64,000 nucleotides of DNA from the human T2T-CHM13v2.0 reference genome, Homo sapiens: the NCBI RefSeq assembly GCF_009914755.1, contig NC_060943.1. One strand, 5' to 3'. Each line of letters starts with the position of its first letter. Positions within the stretch are counted from its first letter, which is position 1. Positions 48,142-64,000 of this stretch are shown piece by piece. The notes under the pieces are model-generated. The model ran no database searches. It was not told where the DNA came from and saw only the letters and a list, made by a program, of their open reading frames with translations. Made by a program: the position numbers and the translations under genes.

Positions 48142-49431
48142 ATGCCGCTCTGCCGTCCGGAGCACTTAATGCCTAGAGCCAGCAGGGTCCCAGTGGCCGC
48201 GTCACTGCCTCTGAGCCACGCGGTCATTCCAACTCAACTGCCCTCGCGTCCTGGCCACAGGCCCCCTGGGAGACCCCGGAGATGCCCAAAGGCCTCATGC
48301 CTGCCGCCTCCAGTGGGACCTAGCAGCACACAGACAGCGAAGCGGGTGACCATGGGGTGGCCACGGCCGGGCCGAGCCCTCGTGGCAGTCAAAGCCTTGC
48401 TGGTCTTGTCGCTGCTCCAGGTGCCCGCGCAGGCAGTGGTACGGGCCGTGCTGGAAGACAACTCGAGCTCGGTGGACTTTGCGGATCTGCCGGCGCTGTT
48501 CGGCGTCCCCCTGGCCCCCGAGGGCATACGGGGCTACCTGATGGAGGTCAAGCCAGCCAACGCGTGCCATCCCATCGAGGCCCCGCGACTGGGCAACCGC
48601 TCTCTGGGCGCCATCGTGCTGATCCGCCGCTACGACTGCACCTTCGACCTCAAGGTGCTGAACGCCCAGCGCGCCGGCTTCGAGGCGGCCATCGTGCACA
48701 ACGTCCACTCCGACGACCTCGTGAGCATGACCCACGTCTACGAGGACTTGAGGGGCCAGATCGCCATCCCCTCAGTGTTCGTGAGCGAGGCCGCCTCGCA
48801 GGACCTGCGGGTCATCCTGGGCTGCAACAAGTCGGCCCACGCGCTGCTCCTGCCCGACGACCCACCGTGCCACGACCTGGGCTGTCACCCCGTGCTGACC
48901 GTGTCCTGGGTGCTGGGCTGTACCCTGGCCCTGGTCGTATCAGCCTTCTTTGTCCTGAACCACCTGTGGCTCTGGGCCCAGGCCTGCTGCAGCCACAGAC
49001 GGCCGGTGAAGACGTCTACCTGCCAGAAGGCCCAGGTCCGCACCTTCACGTGGCACAACGACCTGTGTGCCATCTGCCTGGATGAGTATGAGGAGGGCGA
49101 CCAACTCAAGATCCTGCCCTGCTCCCACACCTACCACTGCAAATGCATTGACCCCTGGTTCTCCCAAGCCCCCCGGCGCTCCTGCCCCGTGTGCAAACAG
49201 TCGGTGGCCGCCACAGAAGACAGCTTTGACTCCACCACCTACAGCTTCAGGGACGAGGACCCCTCCCTACCGGGCCACCGGCCCCCCATCTGGGCCATTC
49301 AAGTCCAGCTACGCTCCCGGAGGCTGGAGCTGCTGGGCCGCGCCAGTCCCCACTGCCACTGCAGCACCACGTCCCTGGAGGCAGAGTATACCACTGTCTC
49401 CTCAGCCCCTCCTGAGGCCCCTGGTCAGTAA
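48142..49431 (+). CDS. ZNRF4: E3 ubiquitin-protein ligase ZNRF4 (RNF204/Nixin/sperizin), intronless, 429 aa, PA-TM-RING-H2 family (RNF13/RNF167-like)
   Basis: Uninterrupted ORF with high GC3. Hydrophobic leader after Met71; PA-domain motifs (FADLPALFG, KPANACHPI, IVLIRRYDCTFDLKVLNAQRAGFEAAIVHN, IAIPSVFV); sequons NSS, NRS, NKS; TM segment VLTVSWVLGCTLALVVSAFFVL; RING-H2. Sequence recognised as human ZNRF4. Confidence 0.98.
   Translation: MPLCRPEHLMPRASRVPVAASLPLSHAVIPTQLPSRPGHRPPGRPRRCPKASCLPPPVGPSSTQTAKRVTMGWPRPGRALVAVKALLVLSLLQVPAQAVVRAVLEDNSSSVDFADLPALFGVPLAPEGIRGYLMEVKPANACHPIEAPRLGNRSLGAIVLIRRYDCTFDLKVLNAQRAGFEAAIVHNVHSDDLVSMTHVYEDLRGQIAIPSVFVSEAASQDLRVILGCNKSAHALLLPDDPPCHDLGCHPVLTVSWVLGCTLALVVSAFFVLNHLWLWAQACCSHRRPVKTSTCQKAQVRTFTWHNDLCAICLDEYEEGDQLKILPCSHTYHCKCIDPWFSQAPRRSCPVCKQSVAATEDSFDSTTYSFRDEDPSLPGHRPPIWAIQVQLRSRRLELLGRASPHCHCSTTSLEAEYTTVSSAPPEAPGQ
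49066..49194 (+). other. ZNRF4: RING-H2 (C3H2C3) domain of ZNRF4, C309-C351
   Basis: CAICLDEYEEGDQLKILPCSHTYHCKCIDPWFSQAPRRSCPVC has all eight Zn ligands and the conserved Trp. Confidence 0.96.
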
Positions 49432-49483
49432 AGATCTAGGGCAGGGAGGGGGGTGCAATGAGGAATGTTTCTGGTCTGAAAAG

Positions 49484-49489
49484 AATAAA
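49484..49489 (+). terminator. Polyadenylation signal AATAAA of ZNRF4
   Basis: Canonical hexamer 52 nt after the TAA stop, implying a very short 3'UTR. Confidence 0.8.
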
Positions 49490-50166
49490 GTGGGTTTGAA
49501 AGCGGATTCTCAGCCTCGCTGCTGTTGGGCCACCCGCCTCTGACTGGGGTTGGGGGACACCCATCCCCATCAAGCCTAAGGCCAATCCCCGTTTCTGCGG
49601 GCGGGAGAGCGAGGGGTGGTGAGGGCTGGGGGGCCTTTTTGGGGCGGCTGTGACCGTGGTGCCGGAGTGGCTTTGAGACGGGTCGTCTGTGCTTTGGTTC
49701 CAGTCCCGGGCACACGGGTCACTCATCCTGGATGGCCTTATTCTTCATTCACATTTTTTCTTTTAAAATAAACGTTTTATTTTGGAACTGGTTTAGATTT
49801 CCAGAAAAGTTGCAAAGGTGCCATAGAGTTCTCCAACCCCTTTTACTCCGTTTCCTCTTATGTCTCATGGGATCCCAGGTGTGATGGGATGGGAGGCCGA
49901 GGTGGGAGGTTCGCTCAAGGTTAGAGGTTTGAGACCAGCCTGGGCAACATAACAAGACCCCACCTCTACAAAAAAATTTTCTTAGGCCGGGCGTAGTGGC
50001 TTACGCCTGTAATCCCAGCACTTTAAGAAGCCAAGGCGGGCGGATCATGAGGTCAGGAGATCAAGACCATCCTGGCCAACATGGTGAAACCCTGTCTCTA
50101 CTAAAAACTACAAAAATGAGCTGGGCGTGGTGGTGCGTGCCTGTAGTCCCAGCTGCTCGCTACTCA

Positions 50167-50286
<120 letters not shown>

Positions 50287-51511
50287 TCATTAGCCAAGTG
50301 TGGTGATACATGCCTGTAGTTCCAGCTACTTGGGAGGCTGAGGTGGGAGGATTGCTGGAGCCTGGGAGGTGAGCTATGATCACACCACTGCACTTCAGCT
50401 CGGGCAACAGAGTGAGACCCTGTCTCAAAAAAAAAAAAAAAAAAAAATGCAAGGAGGCAAGGGAGTTTTCTGGGCAGTGAGGGGGCTGTTTGACCATGCT
50501 CCGACGAGAAATAGCTACTAGGTGAGGTCATAGGAGCAAAAGGGTCAAGGTCGCCTCTGAGACATTCCCTGGAACAGTGTGAATGTGAGAGTCACGTGCA
50601 AGATTCCGACTGAAGCCCAAGCAACCTCCAGAGAGCGCCCACTCTGTGCCAGACGCGGTTCCAGGCACACAGACACAGCAGTGAACAAAACAGGGGAAAG
50701 TCCCTGCTCTCCAGGGACTGCTATTCCAGGGTGGGGGATAGATACAAAGTATATAATTAAATAAATGAGCAGGGAGATGTCAGCACGAGATAAATCCTGG
50801 GGCTAAAACACAAGGGGGTCATGAGATGGAGAGAGCTTGGCGGATGATCAGGGAGATCACGGAGGAAACATGAGAACCGAGACTCAGGGCCGGGCACAGT
50901 GGCTCACGCCTGCACTCCCAGCACTTCGGGAGTCTGAGGTTAGCAAATCGCTTGAGTCTAGGAGTTCGAGACCAGCCTGGGCAACATAGTGAAACTCCAT
51001 CTCTCCAAAAAAATACAAAAATTAGCGGGGTATGGTGGTGCACACCTATAGTCCCAGCTACTCAGGAGGCTGAGACGGGAGGATCACCTGAGCCCAGGAG
51101 CTCAAAGCTGCAGTGAGCTATGATTGCACCACTGCACTCCAACCTGGGTGACAGAGTGAGACCCTGTCTCAACAAAAACAAAAACAAAAAACACAAACTG
51201 AGACTGAAAGGGGAGGAAGGAGGCGTTAGTGCAGGAAGGATATTCCAGGCAGAGTGTACAGCCCATGCAAAGGCCCTGCGACAGGACTGCACCTGACATG
51301 TTGGAGGAACAGCCAGAAGCCCATATGGCAGCAGCAGAGTGAGTCAGAGGGGAGAGGGAGGAGCGTGGGAAGGGGATAGGGCAGGTCGTGCAGGCCCTCG
51401 TAGAGCTTAGTAAGGAACAGATTTTGGGCCAGGTGTGGTGGCTCACGCCTGTAATCCCAGTACTTTGGGAGGCCGAGGCGGGCAGATCACGAGGTCAGGA
51501 GATCAGGATTA

Positions 51512-51905
<394 letters not shown>

Positions 51906-52082
51906 CTAGGCATGGTAGTGCGTGCCTGTAATCCCAGCTACTCGGGAGGCTGAGGCAGAGAATCACTTGAATCTGGGAAGCAGAAGTTACAGTGAGCCAA
52001 GATCACGCCACTGCACTCCAGCCTGGGTGACCGAGGGAGACTCTGTCTCAGTAAAACAAAGGAAAGAAAAGAAAAGAAAAGA

Positions 52083-52339
52083 AGAGACACAGAGACAAAG
52101 ACACAGGGAAGACAGCCACGTGACAACGAAGGTAGAGATTGGAATGATGCAGCCACAAACTTGTTACCTCCTCTTTTTATGAAGACACCAGTCATACTGG
52201 ATTAGGGTCCATCTTAATGACCTCATCTTAACTTGATTACGTCTGCAAAGATCCTATTTCCAAATACGGTCGCATTCCCAGATATCAGAGGTCAGGACTT
52301 CAGCATATTTTTTGAGAGGATGCAATTCAACCCATAACA
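52083..52339. mobile_element. MLT1B/C LTR pieces in opposite orientations
   Basis: Plus-strand piece at 52083-52158 abuts a minus-strand 5' piece at 52160-52339 ending aattcaacccataaca. Confidence 0.65.
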
Positions 52340-52574
52340 TAGGGGTGAGAGGGAAGGAGGCCCAGCTTTGGGGAATTGCCAGACCTGGATTTGAAGCTGG
52401 CTTTGCTGTTTCTGGCTTTCTTTGAGATGATGGGCATGGCCATTTCTCTCTCTGATCTCTACTTTATGGATATGGAAAATGGACATCCTAACAGCACGTA
52501 CCTCATATTGTTCCTGGGAGATTTTAAAGAGGTACTTCATGCAAATACAATTTTTTTTTTTTTTTTGAGACTGA

Positions 52575-52751
<177 letters not shown>

Positions 52752-52970
52752 TAGGCTGGTCTCGAACTCCTGACCTCAAGTGATCCTCCCGCCATGGCCT
52801 CCAAAAATGCGAGGATTACAGGTGTGAGCCACTGCGCCCAGCCGGCAAATACAAAATTTAATGTGCTTCCTCCACCTCTTTGATTGCCACAGTGCTGGGT
52901 CTCACTTCCACACCTTTGCACAGGCAGTTTTCTCTGCCCAGAGTGCCCTCCACATGCCTCGCTCAGCCTA

Positions 52971-53378
<408 letters not shown>

Positions 53379-53559
53379 CTACTTACTGTGAAGCCCCCTG
53401 AGAATGCCACTACCCCCTCAGAGTCTTGACTTGCTCCTCTGTAAATGAGGATAACAGTGCTAGCTACCTATGGCAGACATGTATTTGGGGCCAGCAGCAC
53501 GGTGCAGCTGTGGGAAACTACCTGTCTTCCATTCTGAGTACACGTGGCTGCAAGGAGTG

Positions 53560-53720
53560 GGGAGAAGAGACCTTCTTCCAGATTCTGGGTAGTCACATGA
53601 CCCAGGCCTAGCCAATGAAAGGATTGCACCCTCTAAGCCACAGTGATTGGTTCAGGATGGGACATGTGATCCAAGCTGGGCCAATGAGAGCCAGCCCTGG
53701 GATTTGTCCAAGAAGGATCA
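53560..53720 (+). mobile_element. MLT1K/L-like LTR fragment
   Basis: catgacccaggcctagccaat...gtgattggttcagg...gggccaatgagag. Confidence 0.55.
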
Positions 53721-53992
53721 AAAAGAAGACTCTTCTGGAGAGGCACTGGTGCACGTCTGTAATCCCAGCACTTTGGGAGGCCTAGGTGGCTGGAACACTT
53801 GACATCAGGAGTCCAAGACCAGCCTGGGCAACATGGTGAAACCCTCATCTCTACTAAAAATACAAAAATTAGCTGGGCGTGGTGGTGGACGCCTGTAATC
53901 CCAGCTACCTAGGAGGCTAAGGCAAGATAATCACTTCAACCCAGGAGGTGGAGGTTGCAGTGAGCCGAGGTGCCCATCACTTACTTCTCCTC

Positions 53993-54367
53993 TGTATTAG
54001 TTCATTCTCACGCTGCTATGAAGAAATACCTGAGACTGGGTAATTTATAAAGGAAAGAGGTTTAATTGACTCACAGTTCTGCATGGCTGGGGAGGCCTCA
54101 GGAAACTTGTAATCATGGCAGAAGGGGAAGCAAACGCGTCCTTCTTCACATGGTGGCAGGAGAGAGAAGTGAAGAGGAGGAAGCTCTTTATAAAACCAGC
54201 TGAGCTCATGAGAACTCACTCACTCTCACAAGAACAGCATGGGGGAAATGCCCCCATGATCTAATCACATCCTATGGGGTCCCTTGCCCAACATGTGGGG
54301 ATTACAATTCAGATGACAATTCAAGATGAGATTTGGGTGGGGACACAGAGCCATCCAGACCATATCA
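53993..54367 (-). mobile_element. THE1 (C/D-like) MaLR solo LTR
   Basis: tgtattagttcattctcacgctgctatg...gagatttgggtggggacacag...ccatatca; 375 bp. Confidence 0.88.
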
Positions 54368-55279
54368 CCCCCTCAGCATCTCAGCTTCCTCAGCTGTCAA
54401 ATGACAGTGACTCAAGGCAGAGACCACATACGTTTTCTGCACATAGTTGCCCATGAGCCCTCCTATCACCATTTGAGCTTGGGGGATGTGATGTTCCCCG
54501 TTTCTCCCAGGAGGAAGCTGGCATACAGACAGGGGACCACCCCTGCCCAAGTGCCACAGCTAAGGAGAAGCTGCACCAGGCCTCAGCATCCGCCCTTCCC
54601 CACGCCTGGCTCCCCAAACCTCCTGCCTCACTGGCTGTGTCCCAGCTTGGCCCCTGCCAGGCCAGATGTCCGGCTGCAAATTAAACAGATTTGCTGTCCG
54701 AAATCAGACTGCTTCTTTTGTCTTTTCTCCCGTCCTGCTCCAAGGTCTCAGGTTTTATGCCAGGATAGCTAAACTCTCAGAGACAGAAAACATTGCTGGG
54801 ATGGAAGATCTGTCTGTACAGGGTGATATGTCTTGGGTTGGCACATGCTACACTGCCTTGTCCAGCAGCCCACATTCTGCCTGGGGCTCCTGGTGACTAG
54901 GGGTTGGAAGAAGAGAGAGAAACCCATGGGTGGAACACATTGGTGGGGATCAGACATTATTGCACTGTACCTTTTCATGGACAGGCAGAGAAATGTAGCC
55001 CAGAGAGAGGCGGGCCCAGCACATGCTCATCCAGTGTGTTGGGGACAAAGACAAGATTCAAATTCATGTCACCTGACTCCGGTGGGCTGGCACTTCCCTA
55101 AGTCTTGTCTGGGTAGCTCATGAGTCAACAAATAATTGGCGCGGCCAGGCCAATTGAGTGAGACCCAGCATGGTGTCTCACTCCTGTAATCCCAGAACTT
55201 TGGGAGGCTGAGGCAAGAGGATCACTTGAGCCCAGAAGTTTGAGACCAGCCTGGGCAACATATCTAGACCGTGTCTCTA

Positions 55280-55444
<165 letters not shown>

Positions 55445-55589
55445 CTATCTCAAAAACAACACCACCAAAAAAAACCCCAAAAAACAAAAATAAAAACCAG
55501 ACACACAGCCTTGGGGACCTGTCCTCGCACACCACTCCACTCCCACTACTCCCACACTCTGCGCTGGGTTTAGATTTTCTTCACTGGGG

Positions 55590-56553
<964 letters not shown>

Positions 56554-56919
56554 TGAGCATTCCTCTAAAGTAGCATCTCATAGCATCTTTGCTCCTAGAA
56601 CACACTTCATTCTTGAGCTGACACCCAATCATACTTCCTGAGCACCTGGGATTTGTTGATTGGTGTCATCTCATTTGTTTATTCATCACAAATTTGCTAA
56701 GCACCTTCTACGTGCCAGAGCCTGTGTTGGGCACTGGGACACAAAACTGACCACAACAAACCCAGCCCCCACCTTCGCAAATTCTGTCCAGTGGAGGAGG
56801 CAAATATTGAACTATGTTTGAACAACTGAACAAGAATGTTTCAAACAGTGGTGAGTCCCAGGAGAGAAATAAGGAGATAAGATAAAGCGTGTGAGAGGCA
56901 GGATCAATCAAAGAATGCT

Positions 56920-57479
<560 letters not shown>

Positions 57480-57505
57480 TCAGGAGATCGAGACCATCCT
57501 GGCTA

Positions 57506-57880
<375 letters not shown>

Positions 57881-58194
57881 CTATCTCTAACAAAAAGAGA
57901 GAGAGAAGGAGTCAGTGGCCGGCAGACAGGGTGGTTGGGAACGTCCTGTGTGAGTAGGAGGAATTTAAACTGAAGCGTGGAGAGTAAGGAGACAGGATGG
58001 GAGAAGATCGGAGTTGCAGGGGGTGGGAACAACATGAGCACATGTCCCATGGCAGGAGGGGTTGGTGTGTCAGAAGAGGAGAAGAGAGTGTGGCTGGTGT
58101 GGACGGCAGGAGTGAAGAGGTAATGGGGCTGATGATGAAGGGCCTTGTCAGCCACGATGAACAGTTTGCATTTTCTTGCCTGTGCAATTCAGAG

Positions 58195-58975
<781 letters not shown>

Positions 58976-59185
58976 CAGAGCTTCACTGACCAATACGGGA
59001 GCTGCCGGCTACATGTGAATATTTAAAGTCATTCAAATGAAATAAAATTTAAAATGCAGGTCCTCACTCACCCTGGCCACATTGCAAGCACCCTATAGCT
59101 GCATGGGGGTGGCTGTGTTGGCTGGCGTGGGTCTAGAACATTCCACGCATCCCAGAAAGTACTAATAAATGGCCCTGTGCTAGAC
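58976..59185 (+). mobile_element. MER3-like hAT-Charlie MITE
   Basis: ctacatgtg...aaataaaatttaaaatgcag...gccacattgcaag...tagaacatt...cagaaagt. Confidence 0.55.
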
Positions 59186-60371
59186 AATGTTGATCAAGAG
59201 AGTGATACAATCCTATTTTGGCTCTAAGAAGATCTCTCTCTTAAGAGAAAACAGCTAGTTGGGAGTGCAGGTGGAAGTTAGAAACCCGGAAAAGTGTCTG
59301 GGGCAGGTGTCCAGGCTGGAGGTGATAAAAGCTCAGACCAGTGCAGTAGTAGTAGGGGTGGGGCAAAGCCATTTGGAAGAAGCATCAACAGAAAGTCCTG
59401 CCCATTCAGACGTGAGGGGTAAGGGGAGAGGAGAAAGAGAAGGGGAAACCTGGACTCTGATGTGAGTGACAGGTGGAGATGGTCACCCAAGAGGAGAAGC
59501 AGATTTGGGGCAGATACTGAGCTGCTTCTGGGCCTTGCTGGGTCTGAGGGGTCAGAGGGAACTCCAGGAGGACGTGCAGTTGGCAGCTGGACTCTGATGG
59601 CGGAGACCTGGGCAGACATGAGAATCTGGGCCCACGGGGTATTTTGGCCACAGGCCCAGCTGGCAACCGCTGGGCTGTGATGTAACTTGTCAGGCGGAAG
59701 CCGAGCCCCGTCCCCAGGCTCAGAGGCACAGCTTGCCTAAATGCTAACAAGTTTTGCCTCCAAATGGTGGTGGGGTGTGCGTGTGTGTATGTGTGTGTTT
59801 AATTCTGGAATGAATTTAATTCTAATTCCGCCGACTTTGGGGATGGGAAACAGCTGTCTTAATGAGTTAACAGTGGGTTTAAAATAGCAAGCATCTGTTC
59901 GCTGTCTGAGCCAGCACCCGCTGAGGCCACTCCCAGGCTGCAGGGCTCAGTTTTGGGGGGGCCCTGGTTGCAGCTCTGGAGATAGTAGGGAACAGAGGGC
60001 TGGCAGTCCTGAGACCCCAGTGCCAGGCGAGTGTCCTGCCCCCTCCTGGGATTTCTGGTGCCTCGTTTGTGAAAACCGGGCCTGTTGAACCACCGTGCTT
60101 GAGCCAGAACCTGCGCAGGGGGCTATGAGCACCATGAGTGGGCCAGGCTGCTGCTGCGGGGGTGGCAGGTGGTAAGCCCGTCCCCACCCTCCTCAGATGC
60201 TTCCTGGCTGAGTGGCCAGAAATGCCTGTGCCTCAGTTTTCCCATCTGTGAATGGAGATGGTGTTAAGAAGTTTAGAGACATTAAGACATGTAAAGTGTG
60301 TGCTTATGACCGTGCCAGGCAGACAGTCAACACTGTGGGAATATGTAAAGAGTGTCTAAAAAGCAAATACA

Positions 60372-62235
<1,864 letters not shown>

Positions 62236-62764
62236 TCACCTGCCTGAGGGGGTCTGGGGAAGGGGGGAGCCTTTGCCCCAGCAGAAGGAAGGAGTTGGTG
62301 TCCACGGCTGCACCTTCGCAAGGGGGCTGGCTGTGTAGGGGGAAAGTTGTCGGTGATAGGGGGTCTGAGTCCACGACTCAGCTCTTGGAGAATCCTGGAG
62401 ACCCCCATATCATTAGAGAAAGTGGCCAGCACCCTCTCCTTTCTCAAAAGATTAACAGACACTCAGCTGTTCATTTGATAGTGTGGGGGTTTACAGCCCA
62501 GTCTTGGGATCAGAGAGACCCGGGTCCAGTTCAGCCTCTGAAACTTCTTGACTGTGTGACCTTGGGTGAGTGTGTTTACCTCTCTGGACTTGGACAGTCC
62601 TGGGTTCAAGTCCCTGCTCATCAGCCACATGATCTGTCCTCAGTTTCCCCTTCTGAAAAGTGAAATGCCCATAGTCACTGAGCTGTCTAAAGCATAAAAC
62701 AAGATAGCCCACCCCAGCCCTCCAGATGTGCTGTCATTGTGTTTATTATTTATTTATTCATTGA

Positions 62765-63076
<312 letters not shown>

Positions 63077-63079
63077 TAA

Positions 63080-63998
<919 letters not shown>

Positions 63999-64000
63999 TT

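Larger units (their letters stand above)
48100..49720. promoter_or_regulatory. CpG-rich block covering the ZNRF4 gene body and 3' flank
   Basis: High GC and dense CpG through the CDS compared with the flanks (judged by eye). Confidence 0.75.

Noticed and set aside
48357-49085. 242-codon alternative-frame ORF and antisense ORFs within ZNRF4
   Set aside because: Starts at GTG with no internal Met; the expected shadow of a high-GC3 coding sequence.
49767-49772. Second AATAAA downstream of ZNRF4
   Set aside because: It sits at the edge of an AT-rich L1-like fragment; the proximal signal at 49484 is the simpler explanation.

Overview
Human genomic DNA. The single gene places it at chr19p13.3; from recalled gene order it lies between PTPRS and TINCR/SAFB2. 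The only supportable protein-coding gene is intronless ZNRF4 (48142-49431, +), a PA-TM-RING-H2 E3 ligase in a CpG-rich block with AATAAA 52 nt after the stop. The rest is repeat-dense: about 80 Alu pieces counted by eye, old L1M/L1PA, L2 and MIR fragments, solo LTRs (MER41A, LTR22, LTR16, THE1, MLT1) and DNA-transposon relics. Nearly all other ORFs in the track are Alu, L1 or simple-repeat artefacts. I see no clearly new protein-coding system. Points worth follow-up: (1) L2-derived GC-rich modules much more alike (~83-88%) than L2 age predicts; (2) a probable functional ZNRF4 start at Met71 behind uORFs; (3) an orphan CpG-rich promoter-like block at ~29 kb; (4) a symmetric triple POU/octamer cluster and several homeodomain/MEIS motif islands; (5) a polyadenylated LTR fragment inserted by L1; (6) CpG-enriched ancient L1 fragments; (7) several inversion or fold-back junctions. 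Repeat subfamily calls come from recalled consensus sequences, not a RepeatMasker run, and boundaries are approximate unless TSDs are given.
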